Source: an uncultured Verrucomicrobiae bacterium (GTDB lineage Bacteria; Verrucomicrobiota; Verrucomicrobiia; Chthoniobacterales; Chthoniobacteraceae). From it: a stretch of DNA of 64,000 nucleotides. Within the stretch, counting starts at the first letter, position 1. Every line of letters begins with the position of its first letter. The DNA lies in contig CAWHEP010000014.1 in the NCBI GenBank assembly GCA_963828525.1, forward strand, positions 1 to 64,000. The letters are read 5' to 3'. Below are positions 10,171-22,045 of this stretch, one piece after another. The notes beneath the pieces were generated by a model. It had not been told where the DNA came from. It did not search any database and saw only the letters and a list, made by a program, of their open reading frames with translations. The translations under genes were made by a program, and so were the position numbers.

Positions 10171-11156
10171 GCCTGGCGGTCGTAACAGGCGGCGCGGGTT
10201 TCATCGGCGGCCATCTTGTGGATTTGCTGCTGGGCGAGGGATTCCGGGTTCATGTGATAGACAACCTTTCCGGCGGGCGTTTGCAAAACCTTGAGCAGCA
10301 TAAAGGCAACCCGAACCTGGTAGTCGAGACGCGGGATATAAGGGATGTGGAAGCGACGGACGCACTATTTAAGGGGGCGAAGTATGTGTTTCATTTCGCC
10401 GGAATTGGCGATGTTGTGCCATCAATCGAGCGCCCGGTGGATTACATCTCCACGAACGCGATGGGAACGGTGAGGCTGCTGGAAGCGGCCCGCCACGCGG
10501 GAGTCGAAAAATTCGTCTATGCGGCTTCCTCGTCGTGCTACGGGCTCGCCGAAACGCCTACGACCGAGCACGCCCCGATCCGCCCGGAATACCCATACGC
10601 GCTCAGCAAATACATGGGAGAAGAATCTGTCCTGCATTGGGGCAGGGTCTACAAGTTGCCCGTCACTTCGATTCGCATTTTCAACGCCTATGGCCCGCGT
10701 TCGCGTACCTCAGGGGCTTACGGGGCGGTGTTTGGCGTCTTTCTCGCGCAGAAGCTCGCGGGAAAACCTTTTACTGTAGTGGGAGACGGAACGCAGCGCC
10801 GGGACTTTCTGTATGTCACCGATCTAGCGCGAGCCTTCTACTTGGCGGCAAAAAGCGAGCGGGTGAATGAGATTTACAACGCGGGCGGAGGCGATCCGCA
10901 GCCGGTGAACCGGCTGGTGGAGTTGTTGGGGGGAGGAGAGGTCGTCCATCTGCCCAAGCGACCGGGCGAGCCGGATTGCACGTGGGCTGACATCCGCAAG
11001 ATAAAGGAGCATCTCGGGTGGGAGCCGCTGATCAGTTTCGAAGAGGGCGTAGCGGAACTGCTCAAGAACATCGATTATTGGCGACAAGCACCAATCTGGG
11101 ACACCGAGTCCATCGCCGCAGCCACGACGCAGTGGTTTAAATATCTCCAGCCATGA
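10167..11156 (+). CDS. NAD-dependent nucleotide-sugar epimerase (extended SDR)
   Basis: TGGAGFIG, AASSSCYG, YALSK, GDGTQRRDF; ATGA overlap with the previous gene. Confidence 0.9.
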   Translation: MSLAVVTGGAGFIGGHLVDLLLGEGFRVHVIDNLSGGRLQNLEQHKGNPNLVVETRDIRDVEATDALFKGAKYVFHFAGIGDVVPSIERPVDYISTNAMGTVRLLEAARHAGVEKFVYAASSSCYGLAETPTTEHAPIRPEYPYALSKYMGEESVLHWGRVYKLPVTSIRIFNAYGPRSRTSGAYGAVFGVFLAQKLAGKPFTVVGDGTQRRDFLYVTDLARAFYLAAKSERVNEIYNAGGGDPQPVNRLVELLGGGEVVHLPKRPGEPDCTWADIRKIKEHLGWEPLISFEEGVAELLKNIDYWRQAPIWDTESIAAATTQWFKYLQP

Positions 11157-12710
11157 ACGGAACCGCGGCATCACCGGCTGGCATCGCGCGCAGGGCAGAA
11201 AATAAAAACGGTCGAGGAAGCGGCGCGTCTTCTGGACGACGTCCGGAAGGCAGGCGGGAAAGTGGCGCATTGCCACGGCGTGTTCGACCTCCTGCACATT
11301 GGCCACCTGCGGCATCTGAAATCAGCGCGGCAGTTCGGCGATGTCCTGATCGTGACGGTGACGCCAGACGTCTATGTGAACAAGGGTCCGGGGCGGCCCG
11401 CCTTCACCGAGGCGTTGCGGGCGGAAGCGCTGTCGATGCTGGAATGCGTGGATTATGTGGCCATCAATAAATGGCCAAGCGCGGTGGAGGTGATCCAACT
11501 GCTGAAGCCCGCTTTCTATGTCAAGGGCCCGGACTACCGCGAGGCCGCGGCGGATATCACGGGAGGCATCGTCCTGGAGCGCGAGGCCGCCGAAGCAGGC
11601 GGAGGCTCGCTGGTCTTCACGGAGGACGTGACGTTCAGTTCCTCGAGTCTGATAAACCGTCATTTCTCCAGCCTTTCCAAGGAGATGGGCACCTACGTGG
11701 CATCGTTTGGAGCGCGGCATCCGGTGGCCGAGGTTCTTGGCTATCTGAAGAACGCGAAGGATCTGAAAGTGTTGCTGCTGGGCGAGGCAATCATTGACGA
11801 GTATGAGTATTGCGAGACGATGGGGAAAGCGGGCAAAGAGCCGATCCTGGCGGCGCGTCACCTGAGGACGGAACGTTTTGCCGGCGGGACGCTGGCGGCC
11901 GCGAATCACCTGGCGGCGTTCTGTGACAATGTCCATCTCGTGACATTCCTCGGCACGGTGAATTCACAAGAGGAGTTCATCCGCTCCAAGCTGGATTCGA
12001 AGGTGAAAGCCACTTTCCTGCCCCTTGAGGATGAGCCGACGATTGTGAAGCGGCGGTTTGTCGAGACCTATCCTTTTCAGAAGATGTTTGAAGTGTACAT
12101 CATCACCGACAAGGACACCCACGAAGCGGGATCAAAGGCGCTCTGCGAGAAACTGGAGGAGATATTGCCGCAATATGATCTCGTTCTCGCGCTCGATTAC
12201 GGTCACGGCATGCTGGACGAAGCGGCGATAAATGTCTTGACGCGCAGTCCGGCTTTCCTCGCGGTGAACACGCAGGTCAACGCGCACAACAGGGGTTTCA
12301 ACACCATTTCGAAATACCCGCGCGCGGATTATATCTGCATCTCGGAACATGAGATGCGGCTGGACTGGCGCAGCCGGCAGCAGGAGTTAAAGCAGATCGT
12401 AGAGGGAGTGGCAGAGCGGCTGGGCTGCTCGCGCGTGACAGTGACACGCGGGCAGAAAGGCTCCCTTTGCTACGACCGCCGGGAAGGGTTTTTCGATGTC
12501 CCGGCTTTCACCACGCATATTGTGGATCGCGTCGGGGCAGGGGACGCTGTGTTTGCGGTGACCTCGCTCTGCATCGCGCAGGGGGCTCCGATGGAGATCG
12601 TCGGGTTCATCGCTAATGTGGTGGGCGCGCACGCGGTTGGGATCGTTGCGAACCAGAGACCGATCGACAAAATACCGCTCATGAAACATATCGATACCAT
12701 TCTAAAATGA
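11153..12710 (+). CDS. Bifunctional nucleotidyltransferase + PfkB sugar kinase (HldE-like, reversed domain order); 5' frameshift
   Basis: HGVFDLLHIGH and KGPDY in the N-terminal part; DRVGAGDAV PfkB motif in the C-terminal part; upstream frame QKIKTVEEA... joins ATG 11153 via an indel near 11190. Confidence 0.85.
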
Positions 12711-13297
12711 TCTTGGCCCTCTCCAGCTACTTTGCGGAACTGCGTCGGTTAATGGAAGGGATCGAGGCCCGGGATGGCAGCGGCGCGCCGCTTACGCTGG
12801 ACGCCGCAGGGACCGCAGTGGGCGAAATGCTGGTGGCCGCCAAGGCGGAATGTCGCAAGGTCATGGTGGTGGGGAATGGAGGAAGCGCGGCGATCGCCAG
12901 CCATATCCAGAATGATATTTGCAAGGCGCTCGGAACCCGGGCCCTCGTGTTCACCGAGCAGCCGCTGCTGACGGCTCTCGCGAACGACGATGGTTATGAA
13001 GGGGCGTATGAATCCATGACGCGGCTCTGGGCGGTCGAGAGGGACTTGCTGATCGCGATCAGCAGCTCCGGGCGCTCGCCGAACATACTGCGGGCAGTGA
13101 CCGCCGCGCGGGCGGCAGGGTGCAGAGTCGTGACTTTGTCGGGCTTTGCGGCAGATAATCCGCTACGAGCGACGGGCGACGTAAACTTCCACGTGGCGTC
13201 GCATAGCTACGGGCTGGTTGAGACTGCGCATGCCGCCTTGGGGCAATATTTCACGGACGCGGTGAAGGACTGTGGCGAGGCCCCAAAAACTGAATAG
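12707..13297 (+). CDS. SIS-domain phosphoheptose isomerase (GmhA-like)
   Basis: GNGGSAAIASH, LTALAND, ISSSGRSPNI, VETAH. Confidence 0.8.
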   Translation: MILALSSYFAELRRLMEGIEARDGSGAPLTLDAAGTAVGEMLVAAKAECRKVMVVGNGGSAAIASHIQNDICKALGTRALVFTEQPLLTALANDDGYEGAYESMTRLWAVERDLLIAISSSGRSPNILRAVTAARAAGCRVVTLSGFAADNPLRATGDVNFHVASHSYGLVETAHAALGQYFTDAVKDCGEAPKTE

Positions 13298-13322
13298 CCG
13301 TCCTCCGCCTTGCGGGCTCAAC

Positions 13323-14043
13323 TCACTTTTCGGTTTTTAGCGCGTCCAGCACCGAGCGCACCTGGAGCAAAAGCTTTTCGTGGGTATAGGGCTTCGGAAT
13401 AAAGCCGCGAAGTCCCTTTGCCAGCATCCAGCGGAGTTTATCCTGCTCTGTGAACCCGCTGCTTAAGACGACGGGGACGTGAGGATTAATCTCGCGGAGT
13501 TCGTTGAAGACTTCGGAGCCGTCCATGAGCGGCATCGTGAAATCGAGGATGATGAGATCGATCTGCTGCTGATGTTTCTGATATAGGTCAAGGCATTGGA
13601 AACCATCCCGCGCGATGATGACACGGTAGCCTTGATCGGTGAGAACGCGTTGCGCGAGAACGGTAACGAAGTCTTCATCGTCCACGATCATGATTAACTC
13701 GCGGGCGCCATTCGGGTTCCAAATCTTGACGCCGCCCTCGGGCGGCGCGCGGCTCCGGCTTGCGAGGTTCCGCGGCATCCGGAAAGAGCGGAACCGGGAC
13801 GCGGAGCGCCAGCGCCGGTTGCGCTGGCGCGTCCTCGGACAATGCCGCATGGTCGAGCATCGTAGCCGCCACGCGCGCCGCGCGGTCTATGCCGTTGCGC
13901 AGGATTCCAAAATACTTCCCTGTGTCATTGCTCTCCCCGCAGAAACGCTCGATGAACTGCGCCGATTCCGTGATGACCTGAAGTAAGTTATTTAGTTCGT
14001 TCGCGGTGGATTTTACCCAGCGGATTTCGTCTGGATCTAGCAT
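13323..14043 (-). CDS. Response regulator receiver with N-terminal HisKA-like helix pair; frameshifted
   Basis: Receiver motifs IVDDE...ILDFTMPLMDG...LSSG...FIPKPY; upstream ORF ANELNNLLQVI; frames join near 13750-13800. Confidence 0.7.
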
Positions 14044-14234
14044 GATCTAGTTCACGGCCTTGGGGAGTTCAGGATGCGCTGTCGCCATCATTGGCACACG
14101 CCCACCATACACCTCCGAGAAAAGCGCCAAAAATGAACAAGAACATTCCGAATGTCAGCATGAGGAGCCGTAAATACGAAATCCCCCGGAAAGGTCAAAC
14201 ATATTCGGGTTCTGAAACCAAATAGCGTGAAGCT

Positions 14235-14682
14235 TCACAGAACGACTTCGAAGAAATCCTGAAGAACGGCGCGATAGACATCCCGTTTGAAAGGTGGAAG
14301 CCAGTCGAGACGGAATGCCGCGGGCTTGATCCAGCGGCAACCGCGGAACTCCTGATGGGCCGTATTGACATTTAAGCGGCTTTCGGGCGCGACGAGCGTC
14401 AGCAGAAAATAATGTTGCTCCTGCCCGTGGTAGCCCTTCTTCGTGCGGCCTTCCCCGAAAACATATTGGTATGGGCCCTTCCGGGCTTTCACCCTGTAGT
14501 CAATCGACGCGAAGACCCACTTCTTCATTCAACTCCCGGACGAGGGCTTGCTCATGCGTTTCCCCCGCATCGACGCCCCCCTGTGGAAACTGCCATGCTC
14601 CTTCCGTATCGAGTCGTTCGCAGACCAAAATATCCAAATTGTCGCGTTGCAGGATTGCCGCCACGTTGGGTCGAAGCTTCAT
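14235..14682 (-). CDS. Nudix hydrolase, RppH-like; frameshift near 14520
   Basis: [32 protein letters not shown]udix box, GQEQHYF, EFRGCRW, FKRDVY. Confidence 0.85.
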
Positions 14683-14773
14683 CGTGGATACATCGACGAA
14701 GGGGAGCATGCGTCAAGACGAAGGAACAAAAATATCGCGATCTGGGGCTGAAGAGAGCGATGTATCTGGAACG

Positions 14774-15252
14774 ATGTCTCGCAGACCCCTCCTCATCGCA
14801 TGGCTTGGAGTAGGCATTATCGCTCTCGCAATCCTCATTGCTCCCGTGTTCCGCCTGGATTGGCAGCTTCACCGCCATCAGGCGCAGATCATCAGCGCCA
14901 TCAACAAGCGGAATTGGGTCGGCGGTGGGAGAGATGCTCGCCGCCAGCTACGCGGACCGATGGGGGCATAACAAAGCTTCCGCGCTGGAAGATGCTCAAG
15001 CGGGCTTCTACCAACTATCCGGCCTGAGCCTAAAGGCGTCGGCGCCTGCGACCACAAATCAGTGGCACCCAGGCGCGACACTCTCCACGCATCTTTCTTT
15101 CGAAGGCGCAGGAATGGAACTTGCCCAACGGGCTGAAAACAGCGTCAATTCACTTACCACGCCGTTTACCTTTCGATTGGATACGGATGAGTTGGAAGCC
15201 GTGGGATTGGAAGCTGCGCCGTGTCGATAACGCTGAATTACAAATGGAATAA
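14774..15252 (+). CDS. Hypothetical membrane-anchored protein (NTF2-like?); frameshifted
   Basis: N-terminal TM segment (MSRRPLLIAWLGVGIIALAILIAP); continues as YADRWG...PFTFR/W...WKPWDWKL across frames. Confidence 0.5.
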
Positions 15253-15259
15253 ACCCAGT

Positions 15260-15780
15260 ATGCGCAAAATCTCCCCTCTTCTCATTCTCCTCCTCTTCCT
15301 GGTGGCCGGTGTTTGCAAGCCCAGGAGGCCGCCGCCACGCCGACCCCGCCTCTGACGCCTCGTCTGCCTCTGTGGACATGCACCCTTCCTGGCGGCACCT
15401 ACGAGGTGGCGGTTCGTTCGATCATCTCGGTCAGCACCCATGAGTATATTGTGGACGGGGTGGCGCAGGTAACGGAGGTGAACGTGGATACCGCCGGTAG
15501 CGCGCTTGTGCGGTTCTACTACCTGGAGAACATCACGCCGACGTCCCCTGTAGCGCTGGGCCAATCCGCGATCAACAAGCTACAGGATTACGCGAAACAG
15601 GCGGTCGAGCGCACAGGGCAGACGGACGTATGGCAGAAGGTGGTAAAGAGCTACCCAACCACGACGCACGCTCGCACCATCGAGTATCGGCTTGAGAGCA
15701 AGGACGATGTAGACAAACTTTTCACCAGCGCCGATACAGCGTTCAGGCTGCAGAAAGATACCCAGTTCAGCATCAAGTAG
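15260..15780 (+). CDS. Hypothetical exported protein; 5' frameshift
   Basis: Signal peptide MRKISPLLILLLFL in one frame joins ORF 15313-15780 (LPGGTYEV, KSYPTTTHARTIEYRL). Confidence 0.6.
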
Positions 15781-15824
15781 CTCAATTTCGTAGGGTCACT
15801 GGCCGAGGAGTGAATGGACTCCGT

Positions 15825-17226
15825 TCAGGATGAGATCCGCGGGTCCTTCAAGGCGCGAGCGGGATCTTTCAACGCGCCGACTGGATCCTTGATGGTGTCC
15901 TGCACCTTGTCGAGAACAGAGCCTTCGGCTGCCGCGAGCAGTCTCGGTGAAAGATCTTCCGTCGGGTTCCGTAAAGGGCCTGAAAGGTGAACCGGGGTCC
16001 ATAGGTATCCCTCTCGCGAGACTGTAAAAACTTTCCCCTGTGAACCAGGGAGCCACTGCAAACTGCGGGGCGTGACGCCGACCTGGAACGACCCTTCAAT
16101 GTTTGAGTCCTCCACCACGAACGCCCCCTCGATTCGGATGAGCCCTTCCGATTCAGCAACAAACCGTGACACGGTTAATTTTGTGGTAGCGCGCTTAAAA
16201 TCCGCGGAAACCGCGCTCAGGGTAAGCGTGCGAAACTGCTGGGAACGTGTAAAAGTCGCGATCTGGTCAAGAACGGGGAGCGCTTCGAGCTTTCCCTGAG
16301 CCAGGTTAACGGTGCCCTCCATGTCGGGAGCGCCCATCATCGGCATCTGTGATCGCAGGCGAATATCGCCGCTCAGGTTGCCATCCAGCCGCTTCTGCCA
16401 GTCCAGCGGCAGCAAAGGGGCGATGGGGACGCTGTTGAGCTTGATGTCGAGAGCAAGAGATCGCTCAAAGTTAATCTCGCCGCTCATGCTGAGAGTCCCG
16501 GAGTCCTTCCCCTTGAACTGCGAGTCCACTATATAAAGCGAGGGCCTGTGGTAGCGCAGTTTGGCGCTGGTGATGTTGAGATCAGGCAGGCCCGTCTCCT
16601 GGAGCAATCCTCCCTCAGCCGAGATGCTCCACGCGCCGGGGTCACCGGACGTTTCATGGTCCTCGCTCGCGCCTTCCGGACGGAGGGTGAGTCTGGCTCC
16701 GCTGATGGAACCCGCTTTGGCGCCTGCCCAATCCAGCTCGGTCGTTTCGACGACTGCCTCTTGCAGATCGACGCGCCGTGGCAGCCATCCGCCCCCGGAT
16801 TGCGTGGGAGGAGGAGCGCCACTCTCGGAAGCTGGCTCTTTGTGCTGCCCATCCATGACAATCCGCAGCCGTTGCACAGTCAGGCGGTCAATCTCCCAGG
16901 CGCGTTTTAGCAGGCCGCGCAGGTTGAAATCGGCGCGGATTCTGATCGGCGCCCAGCTTGTTGAAGAAGGCGGCTCCAGTGCCGGTCGCGTCGAATCCGT
17001 CACTATAGATTTTGGTTCCGGAGAATTGGAATGGGAGGAACTCACCATCCGCCTGGACAGCCGAGAAAGCCGCGTGACTTATGATGTGTCGAAACTTTTC
17101 GCTCCTTAAAAAGGAGTCGAACCAGATTTTGAGACCTAGAACACCCAGGACAAGCAATATGAAAAAGATCATGCCCGACCATAGAAGAAGTTTGCCGGCG
17201 GACATGCGGCGCGGAGCCCGATTCAT
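15825..17226 (-). CDS. AsmA-like beta-rich envelope protein; frameshifted
   Basis: N-terminal TM segment (ORF 16888-17226) plus beta-rich body ending WTPVHLSGPLRNPTEDLSPRL. Confidence 0.55.
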
Positions 17227-17309
17227 CTCCCGCTATTTTCCATGCCGGGGACGGGAAGTCCAAAAGAATCACAGTGACAAACGCAGCCCCCGCATTAATT
17301 CTCTAAAGC

Positions 17310-19072
17310 GTGCTTGAGCTTCGAAATGTATCGCTGCAACTGGGTAGCGAGGATGATCCCCACGTCTTGTTGAACGACGTTTCGACGCGTTTTGCCCAAG
17401 GCCACTTTGTCGCTGTGATCGGCCCTTCGGGATGCGGGAAGAGCACGTTGCTGAAGGTGATTGCCGGGCTTCGGGAACCGACCGGAGGCACCGTCCATTG
17501 GGAAGGTCGCGATCTCGCAACGGAGGATCTCGATCCTCACGAGAACGGGATATGTGCCGCAATTCAGCATCGCCTACGAGCTTTTGACCGTGTGCGAAAG
17601 CATCGAGTCCGCGTTAAAACTCCGGGTCAGCATATCGAGTGAGGCTTGCGAGGAGAAGGTGGCGGAAATCCTGAACCATGTTGGGCTCGAGCAGCTACGT
17701 GAACGCCGCGTGTCCGTGCTCTCCGGGGGGCAAAAGCGCCGACTCGCGCTCGCGATGGAGATGGTGACGTCGCCGTTGCTCCTCCTGGCGGATGAGGTTA
17801 CCAGCGGCCTCGATCCCAAGGCGGAGGATGAGATCGTTCGTTTGATGAAGCGACTCTCGGAAGAGGATCGGCGGATTGTCATATCGGTGACGCACAGTCT
17901 GCGGCATGCCGATCTGTACGACAGCGTGCTTGTCCTGCATCAGGGCAATATCGCGTATCACGGCCCCGCGCAGTTTCTCTTTCACTATTTCAGCGTGCAT
18001 AATCCGGAGGATCTGTTTCCGCGCCTGGCCGAGCGTCCTGCAAAAGAGTGGCATGATTCGTGGCTGAAGCATGGACCTTCCTTCAACGCCTCCCAGGATG
18101 GGGAGAAGCCCGGTGGAGCAGCGCCTGGAAAGGAAAGTCTGCGAAAGATATTTCCCTCCCTGCCCATTGCCGCATCGCGCCGCAACATTCCGCTGACTCG
18201 TGTCCCGTCGGATTCTGTCCCGGGCTTTTTCACGCAAATGCGAATCTTGCTCGCGCGACGGTGGAAGCTTTTTCTGAGAGACCGCGGACAGGTGATCCTT
18301 CAGTTGGCGCTGATGTTTGGCTTCCCGTTTCTCGTGGTGATCTTCGCGTGGGATGGCTTGCCGCAAATCAAGGATTTGAGCATGTCCTCGCAGACAAATG
18401 TCCTGCAACAGCTTGTCGAGCAGGCCAGTTTTCATAAGGAGAGCGCGCGTGTTGGGCAGCTTGATCTCGGGGTTAGTCATGTTCCAAGTGGTTCTTCTGA
18501 CCCTGATGGGCTCGAATAACTCCGCTCGGGAAATCGCCGGCGAGCGACTCATCTTTGAGAAGGAGAAATATGGCGGCGTGAGACCGCTTAGCTATGTGCT
18601 CAGCAAGGCCGTGTTCCTCACCTTCCTTGTTGTGGCGCAGTCTGTATGGATGGCTGTGTTTGTGAACGTGATTTGTCATTTCCCGGGTGACCTCCCAAGC
18701 CAGATCGCGTTGCTGGTAATGGTGAACGCGGCGATGACTTCCATCTCCCTCGGCATATCAAGCCTCATGAAAACGCCTGAGCAGGCTTCCCTGGTATCGG
18801 TCTATCTGGTGGGTTTTCAGCTTCCGTTGTCCGGGGCGGTGCTGGCGCTGCCTTCAGCGATCGGCTGGATTACACGTCCCTTTATTGCCGCCTACTGGAG
18901 CTGGTCGGGATTCCTTGAGAGCATGCGAGATACCCGGCTGTATGACATCGTGCTCGATGTTACGCAGACGCATCTTTCCGCGGTGCCTGTCTGCTTCTGG
19001 GTGCTTGGGACGCACGTGATCATCGGCTTGTTCCTTGCGTACATGGGTTCGAAGAACAGCCAGTGGGAGTGA
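17310..19072 (+). CDS. ABC transporter, fused ATPase + ABC-2 permease (ABCG-like); two frameshifts
   Basis: GPSGCGKS, LSGGQKRR, LADEVTSGLDP, then TM domain with NNSAREIAGERLIFEKE. Confidence 0.85.
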
Positions 19073-19179
19073 AGCTGGCGCATTCCTGGAATGCCGCGGG
19101 GCCAATCGGCTCCTGGCGCTCAGGGTGGTGAAAGTTTGAACGTTTGCCGGGCGGCAGCGTCACAGTCTCGAACCTAATC

Positions 19180-21087
19180 ATGAAACTCATCCCCTTCCTT
19201 TCGGCCGCTCTGCTCTCCGTCTGCCTTTCCTCCGCGGAAGAAGCTCCCGCGCCTGGCCTGCCTCCCAAAATACCGATCAAGGATTTTTTTGATAATCCGA
19301 AGATCAGCAGTGCCGATATTTCGCCGGACGCGAAATCGTATGCCTACCTTGCCCCGGACAATAACCGGATGAACATCTGGGTTTGCGGCGTCGGCGATGA
19401 TTTCAGCAAGGCGCGGCTGATCACGCATGACAAGAAGCGCGGCATCCGGAGTTTCTCGTGGTCGCGGGATAGCAAATACGTCCTGTACATGCAGGACGAG
19501 GGAGGTAATGAGAACTTCCATATCTACCGCGCCGATCCTTCGAAGCCTGATGCCACGGCTGTAGATCTGACGCCAGAAACAGGCGCGCGCGCCGACATCA
19601 TCGATTTGCCTCGTGAGAAGCCGGACGAGGCAACCATCGCGATGAACGCCCGCGACAAACGCTTCTTTGACGTTTATCACCTGCAAATTTCCACAGGCGA
19701 ACTGAAGATGATCGAAACGAACCCGGGTGACGTGGACTCCTGGTACACAGATACAAAGGGGGTTATCCGCGCTTGTGTCGCGCAGGTCGACGGCGGGAAG
19801 ACGGAAGTTCGAGCGCGGGATGGAAGTTCAGGCGCGTTTCACGTTCTCGCCACCTACACCGATGAAGAGGACGCGGGAGTTCACGCGTTCGATCCCGATG
19901 GCCGATTTCTTTACTTCACCAGCGCGCGGGGGACGGACACTACGCATCTCGCGACGCTCGACCTGAAATCCGGCAAGGAAACCGTGCTGGATGCAGATCC
20001 GGAGTACGACATTGAGGATGTCGTCATCAGCGACAAGACGCACAAACTGCTCGCGGCCGTCTACAATCGGGATCGCCTGAGCTACAAGATTTTTGATCCC
20101 CAGTTGAAAAAGGATTTTGGGATTCTGGAAAAGGCGCATGAAGGCGAGGTGCTCCTGCGAAGCAGCGACGACGATGAGAACAAATGGGTGGTGGCCTACA
20201 ACTCTTCCACCGATCCCGGGGCGACATACCTGTATGACCGGGCGTCGGGAGAGATGAAATTCCTCTACCGTCCGCGCCCGTGGCTGAAGCCGGAAGATCT
20301 TGTCGAGATGAAGCCCATCCAGTTTAAAAGCCGGGATGGCCTCACAGTCCATGGCTACCTTTCGCTCCCGAAAGGCGTCGCGCCGACGAATCTGCCAACG
20401 GTGGAAGTGGTCCACGGCGGCCCGTGGGCGCGTGATGATTGGGGATACGATCCGGAATCGCAATTCCTTGCCAATCGCGGATTCGCTGTTTTACAGGTGA
20501 ACTACCGGGGTTCAACAGGATACGGAAAGAAGTTCCTGCACGCGGGTGATCTGGAGTGGGGAGGCAAGATGCTGGACGACCTCATCGATGGGGTGAACTG
20601 GAGCGTCTCGCAGGGATTTTCCGACAAGTCACGGCTCGGCATCTACGGAGGCAGTTATGGGGGATACGCCACTCTTTCCGCGCTGGCGTTTCGTCCGAAG
20701 GTGTTCATCTGCGGAGTGGACTATGTGGGCATTTCCAATCTGCTGACCTTCATGAATACCATCCCGCCTTATTGGGAAACGTATCGCGAGGTGATGTATA
20801 GGCGGGTTGGCAATCCCAAAAAGGATGAGGCGCTGCTCCGCGCGCGTTCTCCGCTCTTTTCGGCGGGGAAGATCGAAGCGCCACTGTTCATCGCGCAGGG
20901 CTATAATGACCCGCGCGTGAATCGGGCGGAAGCGGAGCAGATTGTAAAGGCGTTGAAGGAGAAAAAGAAGCCTGTGGAGTATCTGGTCAAGATGGATGAA
21001 GGCCATGGTTTCTCCAACCCTGAGAATCGCCTCGACTTCTACGGGAAGATGGAAGCCTTCCTGGAGAAATACCTGCTTGCCAAGTAA
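19180..21087 (+). CDS. Exported S9 family serine peptidase (dipeptidyl/acylaminoacyl peptidase)
   Basis: Signal peptide; HGGPW, NYRGSTGYG, GGSYGGY, NDPRV, DEGHGF. Confidence 0.92.
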   Translation: MKLIPFLSAALLSVCLSSAEEAPAPGLPPKIPIKDFFDNPKISSADISPDAKSYAYLAPDNNRMNIWVCGVGDDFSKARLITHDKKRGIRSFSWSRDSKYVLYMQDEGGNENFHIYRADPSKPDATAVDLTPETGARADIIDLPREKPDEATIAMNARDKRFFDVYHLQISTGELKMIETNPGDVDSWYTDTKGVIRACVAQVDGGKTEVRARDGSSGAFHVLATYTDEEDAGVHAFDPDGRFLYFTSARGTDTTHLATLDLKSGKETVLDADPEYDIEDVVISDKTHKLLAAVYNRDRLSYKIFDPQLKKDFGILEKAHEGEVLLRSSDDDENKWVVAYNSSTDPGATYLYDRASGEMKFLYRPRPWLKPEDLVEMKPIQFKSRDGLTVHGYLSLPKGVAPTNLPTVEVVHGGPWARDDWGYDPESQFLANRGFAVLQVNYRGSTGYGKKFLHAGDLEWGGKMLDDLIDGVNWSVSQGFSDKSRLGIYGGSYGGYATLSALAFRPKVFICGVDYVGISNLLTFMNTIPPYWETYREVMYRRVGNPKKDEALLRARSPLFSAGKIEAPLFIAQGYNDPRVNRAEAEQIVKALKEKKKPVEYLVKMDEGHGFSNPENRLDFYGKMEAFLEKYLLAK

Positions 21088-21122
21088 GTGGGTTCGCCTT
21101 CTCATCAGGCGACAACCCTCTT

Positions 21123-21614
21123 ATGAAAAAGCTTCTACTTCTCCTCCCCCTCATCCTGTCGCCCCTTCTCGCTTTGGCCCAGGTCGAAGTCAGCGGGACT
21201 CTTTCGGGAGCCTCTCCCGCGCGTCCTGACATCGAGGAACTGCTCGTTGTGATGCGGGCGCAAAAGCTGTCCGAATCAATGATGGCTCAGATGAAGAACG
21301 CCATGGCCAGGACGGCAGTTGGCCCGGAGGCCGCCGCGCGGATGAATGAGGCCTGGGGGTTCATTTCTGAAGAAATGAAGTGGGACAATATGAAACCGGA
21401 ATACGCGAAGATTTACGCGGAGGTATTCACGCCTGAAGAGATCAAGGCGGTGACTGGCTTCTACAAAAGTCCCGCTGGGCAGGCCTTCCTGGACAAACAG
21501 CCGGCGCTGATACAGAAGACGATGGAAATGACGCAGAAGAAGATCGCGAACCTGATGCCCCGGATGAAGGAAATGATGAGACACGGCTCCCCCACTCCAG
21601 CTCCAACGCCGTAG
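21123..21614 (+). CDS. DUF2059-like exported protein
   Basis: Signal peptide; IYAEVFTPEEIKAVTGFYKSPAGQAF. Confidence 0.8.
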   Translation: MKKLLLLLPLILSPLLALAQVEVSGTLSGASPARPDIEELLVVMRAQKLSESMMAQMKNAMARTAVGPEAAARMNEAWGFISEEMKWDNMKPEYAKIYAEVFTPEEIKAVTGFYKSPAGQAFLDKQPALIQKTMEMTQKKIANLMPRMKEMMRHGSPTPAPTP

Positions 21615-21622
21615 GCGGCTCT

Positions 21623-22045
21623 CTAGCCCTGCTGGCCCAGGACGACGGTGAACCGCTTTTCGAGCAGCAATTCATCGGCGGTAATCAGTTCGAAGGAATA
21701 AAGGCCGGGTCGCTCGAACGGTATATTCCGGAGATTGAAGCTCAGTTCGACGACCTGCGTGGGGTCGGCAAACTGCACTTCTCCGGCGGCTTTGAAAATC
21801 TCCTGTTGATCATCGAGGCGCACACAGCGCAACTCGCCGGACATGTGGCCCTGGCCATTCGTCATGGCAGTGTAAACGCAAAGCTTGGGATGTTGCATCG
21901 GGAAGCTGTGTGAAACGATGCTGTTGAAAGTCCCGATAAGCGACTTTTTGTTGGTAATCGCCTCTGTGATGATCTCATCGCAAATGATGAGCGCTTCGGC
22001 GATGGGTTTTTCTTTGGTCATGGAGGCGCGTTTCTGGGGAGTCAC
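21623..22045 (-). CDS. Conserved hypothetical protein (DUF6941-like)
   Basis: ALIICDEII...KKSLIGTF...FERPGLYSFEL. Confidence 0.6.
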   Translation of the reverse strand: MTPQKRASMTKEKPIAEALIICDEIITEAITNKKSLIGTFNSIVSHSFPMQHPKLCVYTAMTNGQGHMSGELRCVRLDDQQEIFKAAGEVQFADPTQVVELSFNLRNIPFERPGLYSFELITADELLLEKRFTVVLGQQG

